Virus record (IMG/VR): IMGVR_UViG_3300023070_000001
Coordinates: 1-64,000 of that record
Strand: one strand, 5' to 3'
Origin: a virus
Lineage: Duplodnaviria; Caudoviricetes
DNA: 64,000 nucleotides
Each line of letters begins with the position of its first letter. Positions within the stretch are counted from its first letter, which is position 1. The position numbers were made by a program, and so were the translations under genes. Shown here in pieces: positions 49,573-60,900 of the stretch. The notes under the pieces are model-generated. The model had not been told where the DNA came from and did not search any database. It saw nothing but the letters and a program-made list of their open reading frames with translations.

Positions 49573-50658
49573 TTAGTCAATTTTTCTGACTAACATAAAT
49601 GAATTGGCTCTTAATGTAGTTACCGCAGCATTAGATGTGTTCTGTGCCCACTTCAATTGGAAATTACCTGCTGTTGCACCATTAAGGACAATAATTGTTT
49701 CTTTCGCTCCACTCCATGAAGTATCTGAGAATACTCCGAATGCTGGTTCTGAGGCTGGTACGTGAATACTAGTTCTCATTGTTACGTTAGAGTTAGATGT
49801 TGCAGCTACATCAGGACCAAGAGACCAACGATAAACCGTAGATCCAGCAGGTGCATTCCAAGCAAGTTTAAAGTCTCCTGCTGTTCCTGAGATCATCATA
49901 TAGAATTCGATAAGATAGTTAGTGTTTGCTGCTAATGCTACAACCATATCTGGATCTACTGAAGTTGTAGCAGTAGATGTCCTTGTTGCATCAGTAGTTT
50001 TTCGAATTACCTGGGTGTAGCCTTTACCTGTCCCTGAAATATCTCCTACGACATTTAAATCGGTAACTACGTCTCCACCAAGGTTTAAATCGCCTGCCAC
50101 ATCTAAATCATTTACACTCGTAGCACCAGTTACATCAAGAGTACTACCTAGTGATAGACCTGCCCCCGCTAGAGCTAGCTGAGCTGTTGTAGGGCGGTAC
50201 AAGTGCACCTCTGGTAGAGCGTTACCAGGTCCGAACTTGATTCCATCATGATCAAGCTGCATACGTGATTGAGTATCTGCTGCCTGCCTAAATCTTAATA
50301 GAGTAGGTTGTGCTGCAATTGTAGCTACAACAACATCGATTACTGAGTTAGGTACTAAAGTTCCGATACCAATCTTCTTAGCGGTATCCATAAGAATATC
50401 TCCTACGAATGCCGCACCAGCAGATAGAATCTGGGTCCATACACCAGCCTTGTTATAGCTTACTTTACCAGTATCAGTATTGTACCTACCCATACCATTG
50501 AATGTAGTTGATGGTGGAGTAGATTCCAGAGCAGGAACAAACCCCATAGTAGCATCTATCTTCTCTAAGTTGTCGTTTAGATCCGTAGCTACATTGATTG
50601 GTTCACTACCATCATCTGCTGGTAAGTAAAGTCCCACTCTGGGGGTTGTTCCTGACAT
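49573..50658 (-). CDS. minor tail / fibre protein
   Basis: TTPRVGL.LP N-terminus; C-terminal domain paralogous to 56223-57038. Confidence 0.8.
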   Translation of the reverse strand: MSGTTPRVGLYLPADDGSEPINVATDLNDNLEKIDATMGFVPALESTPPSTTFNGMGRYNTDTGKVSYNKAGVWTQILSAGAAFVGDILMDTAKKIGIGTLVPNSVIDVVVATIAAQPTLLRFRQAADTQSRMQLDHDGIKFGPGNALPEVHLYRPTTAQLALAGAGLSLGSTLDVTGATSVNDLDVAGDLNLGGDVVTDLNVVGDISGTGKGYTQVIRKTTDATRTSTATTSVDPDMVVALAANTNYLIEFYMMISGTAGDFKLAWNAPAGSTVYRWSLGPDVAATSNSNVTMRTSIHVPASEPAFGVFSDTSWSGAKETIIVLNGATAGNFQLKWAQNTSNAAVTTLRANSFMLVRKID

Positions 50659-50712
50659 CTGTACCTCCTAGGTTACACGTTAAGTCTTACTACTAAATCG
50701 GTACTCTCTCCA

Positions 50713-50745
50713 CTCAGATCCAAGTGTAGGTAAGTATCTGTCCCT
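50713..50745. repeat. third, intergenic copy of the CAAGTGTAGGTAAGTAT motif
   Basis: 25 nt identical to 35494-35518. Confidence 0.85.
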
Positions 50746-51659
50746 TAGAACATCGCTCTCAAGACATCATGCTGATCTGTAATAATTGCATCTACACCAG
50801 CGTTGTTAAGAGCAGTCCATTTTGCAGGAACATCATCAGCAGCATTATTAGTAGTCCAAGTAAATACCTGAAGACCGTATGCGTGATAGTAATTGACAAA
50901 GTTAGTATTAACAGCAGGCCAGTTTACAGTAATTCCTGAAGCTCCCATAGCTTGAATTGATTCTCCTGTGCGCATAGTTCCTGATGCAGGAGTCTCAAAC
51001 AAGTAATAAGTTAGGTTATTGTAACCATAGCTCTTCATAGCTGCAATACTTGCGGCAGTTCCCTGCCAGATAACCTTGGACTCATACCCGAAGCTAGTGA
51101 TATAGTAGTACAGGTTCTCTGCCTGCTCCTGTGTGGGAGTTTCCTTAATGTCCATGAGTAATTTGATATTATCTACTGAAGCAGCATTAAAGAATTCCCA
51201 ACCATAAGGTGGGTGAACCTTAGCTTTTACATCGCCACCATCACCTACATAGGTACCATGGTACTGAGGATATACCCAAGTACCATTAGCATTCTTATCA
51301 TCCCACTGATCATAATCAGCAGCATCTAAATCATTGATAGGTCCAAGCCAATAACTATTCAGTAGACCTGTTCCATTAGTAGTAGGATCTACCTCTGCAT
51401 TGTGCATAGCGATAGGCATATTAGACCTGTTCCATCTAATATCAATCTCTACCCAGGTAGCGCCTAATGACGCTGCCTTATCAATTCCCTGAATAGTATT
51501 TTCAGGTGCATCACCCTTACCTGTAGCGTGAGCAATAGATTCTACAGTAGTAGAGCTTACTGTTACAGGTACCTTAGGCTTAGCGGATACTGGTGCAGCA
51601 CTGAAGAGAGTCATCACTGTAATTGTCGATGCTGCTAGAATACTCTTAAACACTTTCAT
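50745..51659 (-). CDS. glycerophosphodiester phosphodiesterase (GDPD/GlpQ-like) with Sec signal peptide
   Basis: IAH..G..APENT, WVEIDI, MHN, LMDIK, VFTWT.N, DAIITD. Confidence 0.88.
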   Translation of the reverse strand: MKVFKSILAASTITVMTLFSAAPVSAKPKVPVTVSSTTVESIAHATGKGDAPENTIQGIDKAASLGATWVEIDIRWNRSNMPIAMHNAEVDPTTNGTGLLNSYWLGPINDLDAADYDQWDDKNANGTWVYPQYHGTYVGDGGDVKAKVHPPYGWEFFNAASVDNIKLLMDIKETPTQEQAENLYYYITSFGYESKVIWQGTAASIAAMKSYGYNNLTYYLFETPASGTMRTGESIQAMGASGITVNWPAVNTNFVNYYHAYGLQVFTWTTNNAADDVPAKWTALNNAGVDAIITDQHDVLRAMF

Positions 51660-51662
51660 CCT

Positions 51663-54600
51663 TTACTTGACGTATACGATAGTTAGGACAGGCTCGTTAG
51701 ACTGTCCATTACCATTGAATTTACCGTACTGAGTTTTAGAGCCTGAGGTAGGACCCAAGGCAATACCCTTAGCTGCACCAGACTTGAAATCATTTCCAAT
51801 TCCAGTACCAAGGCTTACTTTACGCTTTCCAGGCTTAGGCCAGTTAGATGATGAAACTCTTTGCTCATCTACTCTTGAGCCCGACCATGATCCCGGCCTA
51901 CCGGTATAGTTATGTGTACCGATACGAGCGGTTCCTCCATCATTCCAGTACCAATGGTTTGCATACAGTGTAACATAACATGCCTTAATTGTCGCGCCCT
52001 TAGTATCCTTCATAATCTGAGCATAGTTGAATCCACACAATGATCGTGCATCGTTTAGCCATGAATCAGCTCCGGAATCACCTTGTACCATTTGTGATCC
52101 ATGAGATGATGAATAGTCACCGTTTGAACGATAAGTTCCAGACCAGGTAGCTGAATATGTTTTAGTGTATTCAACCTTAGGCTTTGGCTTAGGTGGCTTT
52201 GATACATTGTTAGTAGGATCTGTAGGCGCTGGTGCATTGTAAACATCAATTCCAGCATCGTTGAGAATTACTGTATCTGTCTTAGGTAGACCTACATCCT
52301 CAACCCAAATCAGGGTAGTGTTTTCTGGCTGGCCAGATCCACCAGGAGGGTTAAGGGTAGCAATACCATTAGTGCAGTAGAATGATACAAGTACTCTATG
52401 TAGCCCTGGTGTGAATGTACCTGAGTAAATAATCTGAGCGCCCTGGTTAGCGGCAGGACCATCAACGCCTGGTGCGATAGCCTGCTGAAGATATGGTAAT
52501 GCAAGAGATGGGTCATCTTCACCAGCATCTCTTAAACGCAATACCAATCTATCTGTTGCTACAGTAGATTCCCATTCAGTTACGAAACAGATCATATAAG
52601 TTCTAGATTCCTCAGCGATGAAGCTGATCTCCATGAAACCTCGTTCAATGTTTACACCAGCACCTACATAAGATGCACCGGTATAGCTACCGATTGAGAT
52701 AACTCCCTTAGAGCGAGGGTTGATGATTTCTTCTAGAAGTAATTCTCCTTGAATAGTAATATCATCAGAGATAGTAGCGCTCTGGAATGAACCTCTACCT
52801 GTACCATCAATTCCTGCTAATGTTTGAGTAGGATCTTCTAGATCCTTGATCATTAGGAAGTTACCGTTTTCAGCAGGGTTACCTAGAAGGCTAACAGTAG
52901 CATCCTCATCCTCTGAGAAGATCCTGAATCCTTCAAAGTTCATTTCAGCGCGAGCACCTGTCTCCGCTGTCTTGATAACACCTGCCAAAATAATAGATGA
53001 GCTGATAGTACCGGCAGTAATCTTTGATGCTGTCAGATCACTGATATGTGCATCATCGATTAGGTTAATAGTAGATGTAACAGCAGGAGATGGGCCAGAC
53101 TTGTTTCCAGCCTTATCTACAGCAATTACTCTTACCCAAATATTATCTGTACTTTCCAAATTGAATGTCTGGATTACAGGAGTCCCTGACCTAATCATAC
53201 CCTGATCAGCAATAATCTTTCCTACTCTGGTAGATTCATCAGGGTAGAATGATGGGCCACCTACGTGAATTTCTAGGTGAGACATATCAGGAGGTAGGTT
53301 GAACTGTCCTCCATCAAATCTACCTAAGAAGTGCTGCACCTGAATACCTAGTAAACTAGATGCAATTACAGGTGGTGCAGGCATAGGTGGAGCGATCGTA
53401 TCTCTATTGGCTGAAAATGTGTAAATATCTGACCACTCAGAGAAATGCTGAGGTGTTGAAGAATCAACTGCACGAATCTGAACTTCATAATCAACACCAG
53501 GGCTTAGCTCCTGGATTACTGTACTAAGATCATCCCAGCCTACATAAAGTACTTGCCACCCTGAATTAGTAATAGGTGGAATTGTAGGCTGACCCCAAGT
53601 GTAAACCTCATTCCAATCATACTGGTGAGCTTCCTCCCATGTTGCAGGGTAATCAGCACTTACATCAGGACGGTACCTTAATTCAAAGTGGTGACCATCA
53701 CTGATAATAGATCCATCAGTATTGGTAGGAAGTGTCCATGATAATTCAGCCTGAGCGCGGACAGATACTCCATCAGCAGGGTAGTAAACATTACTGAATA
53801 CTGAAACAAATTCAGGAGTCATAGGTACAGTTTTATCACCCGGCGCAGCAGGTACCCAGAATCCATTTGCGTAAGTAAGTACATCACCCTCTACAGGGTT
53901 TGGAATTACTACATCTTTCAATCCTGCTAGAGTAGCCTGCTCAAGTAATACGGCAGCACTAATAGCACTTCCTAGTGTTGTTCCACCAGAAGCGCTTGAA
54001 GGTGACATATTGTCAACTTGAGACTTAAGTCTTTGAGCTAGTAGCTCCATTCGTGATTGTAGAGTTAGTTCTACAGTAGTAATTCCATCGCTAACAACCT
54101 GAACAGCAATCCCGACAACTCTCCACTGACCAACAGTGATGTTATTCTTGGAATCGATATTTTCGATTGAGATCCAATCTCCTACATCGTAATCCTCAAA
54201 TACTCGCCTACCTGGCTGGTCAGCAGCAACTACTACCTTCCAAGATGTTTTTTCACCCTTTAATTCTTCCAGGGATGAATCAAGTACTAGAGCTAGATTA
54301 GCTACATCATCAGCGTTTCCGGCCTGAATAAATGCCTCACGCCTCTGAAACTTATCGATAGAGTCAGCATCCTCAATGTAAGCATATTCTCCAGCAGCAT
54401 TCTTACCAACGATAGAGTTAGCAATCTGGTCTCTACTGCGAGAACGTTCCTTACTGATCTGTGATCCCGCCTCATGAAATACTACATCTTCCTTAGCGAA
54501 GAATACAGGAGGAATAACAATATCACCCTTAGTACGCTGGTAAATCTTCAGCTTGAAATCAGGGTCCATAATCCAGTCAGCCTGCTGGATTTGTGCAAGG

Positions 54601-56204
54601 TCATTTAATGCTAGAGATAGCTTAGTACCTTCTTGCACATCAACGATAGGCTTACCAATCCAAGCTAATCCACGAGAATCAACTGCATCAGTAAAGTCAG
54701 GATCTACGTAAGGAATTGTTCCACGACTTTGGGCAGCACCCAACAACTCTAAGAACAGTGCCATTACAGGCTCTACAGCAGGAATAGCAGTCAGGTTCAT
54801 CTTAAAGAAGTATGCTGATAGAGGTAATGCAATTCCTACGTTACCGATAAGGTCAAGTCCTAGTTGAGCTACAACAGGTGAAGCATCCCAGGTGTAAGCT
54901 GATCTGAACCTCTCAGTCCATACAGTGTCATCAGGTGAAGTGTCAAAGACTACAAATCCGTTATCTTCACGGATTCTCCAATACTTCATTGCGCCCATAT
55001 TCATAGCCCAGTCCTCAATGGCTACGCTTGAGTTATTAGATACTTCAGCAATCATTCTTAGCTCATTGTTTACTCTAGCAGTATACATACGAGCATAATT
55101 GTTAGATGACCCTGCATAGCTAAGCTTCAGTACAGTATGGATCTGTCCATCTGCTGCTGGATCTGATGGGGCGACATCTACACCAATGGAGATACCAGAG
55201 CTATCAAAGTCGTACTCGCCTGAGCGCACATAAATAGATCCTGCTGAGGATAGAGTTAGCTTAAGGTGTCCAAAGCTGTCATCTGTAACAATACCATTAG
55301 CAAATGTATCTCGTGCTAATGCCCATACAGTTAGCTTATCATTAACTACCTTGGCTGCCTTAGCCTTATCTAGGGCTACCTTAGCCTCATTAAGCTGCTT
55401 AGTAGCTTCCTTCTTCTCAGCGGCAGTAGATGTTTTATCCTTATACACTGCCGCATAATCAACCTTCTCAGCATTGTATGCAGCAGTAGCTTGAGTAACA
55501 TCTTCAGTTAGGTTTTTATTAGCTTCAACAAATCTATCGTGATCTGCTGATGCCTCCTGCTTAGCGCCAAGGGAGGTTAAAGAGATTCCAGTACGGTAAC
55601 CTGTATTTTCCCAGATGTCAGTATTAAGTGTCTCTCCGGTAAATGGATCAACCAATGTCTCTAGCTTGGTGATAATGTTATCCGGGAATCCTGTAGGGTA
55701 TACGCTAGCCCATTCAAGAACCTTACCTGTTCCTGATCCTGAGACAGTAGCGGAACGGATCTCTGCATCATTAATCTGGGAATCTACTACAGCAGTACCT
55801 AAAACCTGGAAACGAATCTTTCCATCGAAACGGATTTCCCACAGATTCTCATAATCAAAAAGCTCTTCAATAGATGAACCATTAGCTAGAGTATTCTGAA
55901 ACAGTGGATGATCTAAGTTAAGTGAGAATGATGATGCACCGAATGCACTTAGTTCACGAGAGAATGTAAGGCTAGTAAAGTCATTGGTCCTCAAAAGCTC
56001 AGTTTGAAAATCATCATGAGCACGGCAAATAAGCTCCCACCCAATACTTCCATACGGAATTTCTGGTTCCGATACGAGAGCACTTAAAGTAAATGGAAGC
56101 CTTTTTGGCAATACGCCAGTGAAACCATATGCCTTCACGGTCCCTGGGCGAACCAGGCCACCTAAATTGAAGGGGATCTTATGAGGTAGTGATGCTAGAC
56201 TCAC
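51663..56204 (-). CDS. large tail tip / host-specificity protein with FN3-like domains
   Basis: 1513 aa after Dit; FN3-type LSPGVDYEVQIRA; tail-like C-terminus. Confidence 0.85.
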   Translation of the reverse strand: MSLASLPHKIPFNLGGLVRPGTVKAYGFTGVLPKRLPFTLSALVSEPEIPYGSIGWELICRAHDDFQTELLRTNDFTSLTFSRELSAFGASSFSLNLDHPLFQNTLANGSSIEELFDYENLWEIRFDGKIRFQVLGTAVVDSQINDAEIRSATVSGSGTGKVLEWASVYPTGFPDNIITKLETLVDPFTGETLNTDIWENTGYRTGISLTSLGAKQEASADHDRFVEANKNLTEDVTQATAAYNAEKVDYAAVYKDKTSTAAEKKEATKQLNEAKVALDKAKAAKVVNDKLTVWALARDTFANGIVTDDSFGHLKLTLSSAGSIYVRSGEYDFDSSGISIGVDVAPSDPAADGQIHTVLKLSYAGSSNNYARMYTARVNNELRMIAEVSNNSSVAIEDWAMNMGAMKYWRIREDNGFVVFDTSPDDTVWTERFRSAYTWDASPVVAQLGLDLIGNVGIALPLSAYFFKMNLTAIPAVEPVMALFLELLGAAQSRGTIPYVDPDFTDAVDSRGLAWIGKPIVDVQEGTKLSLALNDLAQIQQADWIMDPDFKLKIYQRTKGDIVIPPVFFAKEDVVFHEAGSQISKERSRSRDQIANSIVGKNAAGEYAYIEDADSIDKFQRREAFIQAGNADDVANLALVLDSSLEELKGEKTSWKVVVAADQPGRRVFEDYDVGDWISIENIDSKNNITVGQWRVVGIAVQVVSDGITTVELTLQSRMELLAQRLKSQVDNMSPSSASGGTTLGSAISAAVLLEQATLAGLKDVVIPNPVEGDVLTYANGFWVPAAPGDKTVPMTPEFVSVFSNVYYPADGVSVRAQAELSWTLPTNTDGSIISDGHHFELRYRPDVSADYPATWEEAHQYDWNEVYTWGQPTIPPITNSGWQVLYVGWDDLSTVIQELSPGVDYEVQIRAVDSSTPQHFSEWSDIYTFSANRDTIAPPMPAPPVIASSLLGIQVQHFLGRFDGGQFNLPPDMSHLEIHVGGPSFYPDESTRVGKIIADQGMIRSGTPVIQTFNLESTDNIWVRVIAVDKAGNKSGPSPAVTSTINLIDDAHISDLTASKITAGTISSSIILAGVIKTAETGARAEMNFEGFRIFSEDEDATVSLLGNPAENGNFLMIKDLEDPTQTLAGIDGTGRGSFQSATISDDITIQGELLLEEIINPRSKGVISIGSYTGASYVGAGVNIERGFMEISFIAEESRTYMICFVTEWESTVATDRLVLRLRDAGEDDPSLALPYLQQAIAPGVDGPAANQGAQIIYSGTFTPGLHRVLVSFYCTNGIATLNPPGGSGQPENTTLIWVEDVGLPKTDTVILNDAGIDVYNAPAPTDPTNNVSKPPKPKPKVEYTKTYSATWSGTYRSNGDYSSSHGSQMVQGDSGADSWLNDARSLCGFNYAQIMKDTKGATIKACYVTLYANHWYWNDGGTARIGTHNYTGRPGSWSGSRVDEQRVSSSNWPKPGKRKVSLGTGIGNDFKSGAAKGIALGPTSGSKTQYGKFNGNGQSNEPVLTIVYVK

Positions 56205-56222
56205 GGCCTTACACTCCTAAAA

Positions 56223-57038
56223 TTAACCATTGATTAGCTTAGTAACTGTCATATATGAAGATGCTCGCATAACTGTCTGAGCAGCGTTAGATGTATTCTG
56301 AGCGTGCTGAAGAGTTACGTTCCCAGGTGTAGCACCAATAGAGATTACGAACCTCTCCTGAATAGATGTCCAGAAGTTATCATCACTGTTCAAACCATAT
56401 GCGATACTGGCGCCATAACCATGAGCACCAGTTCTCATATTAGTATCGTCTCGGTTAGTAGATGCAGCAGTAGGGCCAAGAACTGATCTTAATCCACCGG
56501 CGCCAGATGGTACTGACCAAGCTAATACAATGTCTCCTGCACCACCTGAACAGATAGCATATAATTCTACCTTGTACTTTGTATTGGCTACAGCAGCAAA
56601 CTTCAACACGGTATCGTCATTCAAAGTTACATCACTAGAATAACCCTGATCTACTGACTTATATACGGTGAATGTAGATTCCCATGCTGATTCGGGTAAT
56701 CCGTGCACACCAGCAGGTGTAGTGTTAGCCATGTGGTCCTGAGGTTCTTGGAAGTCACGAGCAGATACACCATGAACAATAGCTGAACCTGATGCATGAG
56801 TTTTGGCGGTAGTACCGTCAGATGCACGAGTAATGATTAAAGTACCAGGAGATCCGCCCTTAGGGCCTGTAACTGTTACCAATTCCTCATTTGAGGTATC
56901 TGGTTCTAATCTAAGAGTATATGGGTACTGTGAAGGGAAACCTGTTGTTGAGGCAGGAGTGATTTCGGTAGCACCTGTAGAGATACCACCTACGTTAGAT
57001 AGAGTAGTAAGAACTGCAACGTTGCTGTAGTAACGCAT
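56223..57038 (-). CDS. minor tail protein
   Basis: Position; C-terminal domain shared with 49573-50658. Confidence 0.8.
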   Translation of the reverse strand: MRYYSNVAVLTTLSNVGGISTGATEITPASTTGFPSQYPYTLRLEPDTSNEELVTVTGPKGGSPGTLIITRASDGTTAKTHASGSAIVHGVSARDFQEPQDHMANTTPAGVHGLPESAWESTFTVYKSVDQGYSSDVTLNDDTVLKFAAVANTKYKVELYAICSGGAGDIVLAWSVPSGAGGLRSVLGPTAASTNRDDTNMRTGAHGYGASIAYGLNSDDNFWTSIQERFVISIGATPGNVTLQHAQNTSNAAQTVMRASSYMTVTKLING

Positions 57039-57049
57039 TTATAAACCTT

Positions 57050-57889
57050 TCACAGATATGCTGGTCTGAATGTAATGACCGCGTTCCCGGAACTATTACC
57101 GAGAGATGTTAATTTCAAAGTATTATTACCTGGCGCTAATCTCATCCAAGCTCGGAAACCTGAGTGAGTAACTGAACCTACCAGGTTACTGTTATCGAAT
57201 GTATTAGTAACTGTAAAATCACCAACACTCACGTTTACCTCATCGGCTACTACTGCGGTATTTACTCTAAACCAGGTATGAGGATTGGTAGTCTGATTGG
57301 TCAGGGTAGGAGAAACTAATTCACCATATAATTCAATATTTAAAGTCAACCAGGCATCAATGTCTCCAGGGTTGTTCACTACTACCAGATCCCCTACTTC
57401 GAGCGTCTGCGTTAATTCTGGGCCGTAGAAATAGGGGTCTGAGAGTAGTAGGTCAACTGCGAAGTCAGCTCTTGTACGACCTGTCATAGTAGGGTCCATA
57501 GTTCCCGCTAATTCACAGAGTGCAGTAGCCTCTCGCAATACTGGGGCTGAGGCATTCTCCCACCAACGACGAGTCAAAACTAATTGCTCATCAGGTGACC
57601 AGAATGCCTTCTGCAATGCTCGCCAGTTATCATTGAATTGGGTAAGTTGATTCTCACCTGGTTGATCTGTATCAGGATCAATTCCCGCAACCCACATAGC
57701 TAAGGTAATGATTCTAGAGTCAGCTTTTTTGGCTCTGAATGATCTACCATCACGGAAGGGGTAAAGAACGTTATCCCCTCTTAGCTTAGGTACAGCTAAA
57801 CGTGATCCTCCAACTGTTTTAATAGAATGGCAATACTGGTTGAGAGATATTCCACCAATCTCCCAATACTCATCTGAACTGTTAGACAT
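57050..57889 (-). CDS. distal tail protein (Dit)
   Basis: Immediately after the tape measure; DPYFYG, NPGD, LAPGNN motifs. Confidence 0.85.
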   Translation of the reverse strand: MSNSSDEYWEIGGISLNQYCHSIKTVGGSRLAVPKLRGDNVLYPFRDGRSFRAKKADSRIITLAMWVAGIDPDTDQPGENQLTQFNDNWRALQKAFWSPDEQLVLTRRWWENASAPVLREATALCELAGTMDPTMTGRTRADFAVDLLLSDPYFYGPELTQTLEVGDLVVVNNPGDIDAWLTLNIELYGELVSPTLTNQTTNPHTWFRVNTAVVADEVNVSVGDFTVTNTFDNSNLVGSVTHSGFRAWMRLAPGNNTLKLTSLGNSSGNAVITFRPAYL

Positions 57890-57903
57890 TCTTTACCTCC
57901 CTC

Positions 57904-60900
57904 CTAGAATAGTAGATTAGTCCTGTAAAGGGCATCTCTGATTGAATCTCCTGCACGCTCTGGTACAGGGTTGTTAATGATAACGTCACCAAATGTCCTT
58001 GAAGTATCTGTTGAATTATTAACTACTGCGCTTGCAGCAGGTGATAGAGTTCTTGGAGTTGAAGGAAGTGGAGTTTGCTGACTTGGTGCCAGGTTATCCA
58101 TTCCCATCATCTTCATAAGGTCTACCAGACCACCATCCTTGAAAGCCCAGTGATCGTGAGCATTTCCACCAGCGAAGTTGTGCTGATTCCAAATTGCACC
58201 AGTATAACGATGTGGCTTACCATTGTGTAGGTTAAGATCGTTATATGGAGTAATAAGTTCCTTGGTGCGGGCACCATAGTTAGCACGAATCCACTGAGCT
58301 ACATCTCTACGTGGCGGAAGGTCAACGGCTCTACCTACAGAGTGATAAGACCTGTTTCCTGATAGTGTTCTAGCTCCTGGGCGGAAACCAGAGATAAGCT
58401 GCAAGCCAGGGAATGCCTGACGAAGTACTGCCATCTGCCACTTATAACCATTTCCACCTGCCGCACCACCAAGGCCACCTAAATCATTAGCCCATGCCTT
58501 CTTGATCATAGTGTCTGATGTATCTACAGGGAATGGCCATCCAACACCTCCACCCTTAGCGAAGTTATGACCACCTGAAGCACATGCAGGACAATTCTTA
58601 CTATGTGAACCTCCACTAGCGAATCCATGACCATCATCAGGTAAAGCCTCCTGAATAACTGCCTTATCAAGCTTACGAGTTCTTAATGCTTCCATCAAAG
58701 GCATACCGTAATACTCTACGGCATCAGTAGGCTGAACAAACTCACCGTTAGATAGCCATGCCTGAATAGAGTCAGAGGTACGAGTACCCTGACCATAAAC
58801 GGGACCACCAGTAGCATAACCATGAGCATTAGCACGAGCCTTAGACTGCTCTACTTCCTTAGCAGCCTCATCTAGACTCTTACCACTCTGTAGGGATGCC
58901 TGCAATGCCTTAAGATCCTGCATTTGCTGGTAAACCTTAACGTATCCCTGAGTTTCAATGTTAGTCTTAACATCATCAGGTACGTCACCATAAGCATCAA
59001 TAAGTTTACGAGTTTCAGTCTTGCTCAAGTTAGCCTTATCAGCCTCTCTCTGCAACTCCTTAATTCTAGCCTGGTGGCGCCTTAATGCCTGATCCATAGG
59101 AGTACCAGATGCGATATCCTGTAAATAAAGCTCACGTGTAGCCTTTGCTGCTTCCTCAAGGGCATCACGGTTACGTAGACCTGCTCTACTATGAACGTCA
59201 AGGCTTCTACCGTTAGCAGAAATAGAATCCTTTAAATCAAGCATTCTACTAGACCATGATTCAGTTGCCTCAGTGGCATTGATCATAGCACCCTTTTCAT
59301 CATTGATGATATCCCTAAGGGCACTACTCTTGTTCTCAGCAGATGAGGTAGCGCTAGATAATGTATCAAGAGCTGAAGATAGCTTTTGGATTCTACCCTG
59401 GATTTCTCCCGCAGCAGTAGCGCTGTTTACTTGCTCTTGAGTAAGTCCACTCAACCTATCCTGATAAGTTCTACTGATATCAGCAGCATTACTCATGACA
59501 GCATTTTGACGAGTCTGAGCATCAGCTACCTCGTTAATCTGCTTCTTATATGCAATAGCCGCATTCACAGCATCCTGAGGACCCTGCTTACCAGCTAACT
59601 TATCAGCTTCACCCTGGCCACCAATACTATTGTAGTTCTCAGGAACTTGTGCCTGAAGATACTTGATCTGAGCATCAAGCTGAGCGTTAACTCTACTCAA
59701 GCTCTGAGACTGGTTATTTAGCGCACCAGAAACATCCTTTACGCTAAGGCCATAACTCTTAGAACTTTCAAGAATACTTCTAAGCTTTTCATCAGTCTGA
59801 GCAAGCTGGTCAATTCCAGAGGAATCTCCCTGTGATAGGTCAGAGTATGCATTCTTTAGTGCTAGGAATGCATCCTTAGTATCTTGTGCCTCCTGCTTGT
59901 TATTAGCTAATTCAGATGTGATAGCTCCTACTAGAACTGTAGCTCCAATTAATGCCACACCCCATGGCCCGCCAACAAATGATGACAGGCTACTTAATGC
60001 ACCTCTTGCTACACCTCCAGCGGCACGTACACCATTAAGAGCACTTGCGAATCTACCAGTTTGAGTAGCAGCTCTAGTAGATGCATTACCTACTCGTTCA
60101 GTTGCCTTAGCCTGCTGATCTAATACCTCAGACCCGATTGCACCAACTGATCCAACAGTGCTTGGAATATTCTTAGGTAATGCTTGCTGTCCACCAACAG
60201 TAGATAGTCCGGCAGCTCCACGTGCAGCATCGGCAAAGGCACCTGATAGATTACCCTTGTTACGAGTCATCCATGTAAAGAAGTCCCATAGCTTGAATAG
60301 TCCTGTAAACCTAGCAACTACAGATACCGCAGCAATAGCAGCAACTCCAGCAGCAACAGATCCTAGAACATTACTAATACCAGGAAGAGCTGCGATGTTG
60401 AATAATAATTCTGCAAAACTAGCCAGTACAGTTACGAATACACTAAGAGCCTGTGTTGCTCCACTATCCAAGAACTTAGCGATAGCATCTAGAAGATCAC
60501 CAATTGCCTCTGTAACTGTTACAGCAATTCCTGACTCATTTAGCTGACGTAGAATTTCAAGAATAGGTGGAAGAACTCTAGTACGTAGAGTATCTAGCAA
60601 TGCAACCATTGTAGAGATACTATCCTGGTCAGATGCTAGTCCAGCAATTCCACGAGCTAGATCACGGATAAGAGCACCAATACTTGTTAGCACTGGCTGA
60701 ATATCCTGCATCCACTTACGTAGAGGTGAGTTAGCTGCTTCCTGCTGCTCAGCTACATCTGCCCATCCACCAGTGATATCCTCAAGAGTTCTTAGGTAAT
60801 CCTGTCCCTGATCTACTGTAGACTGGAAGAATGAATTAACTACATTACCTAGGTTCTTAAGGATCTGCCATAGAATCTGAGCGGATTCAGTTGTCTGATC

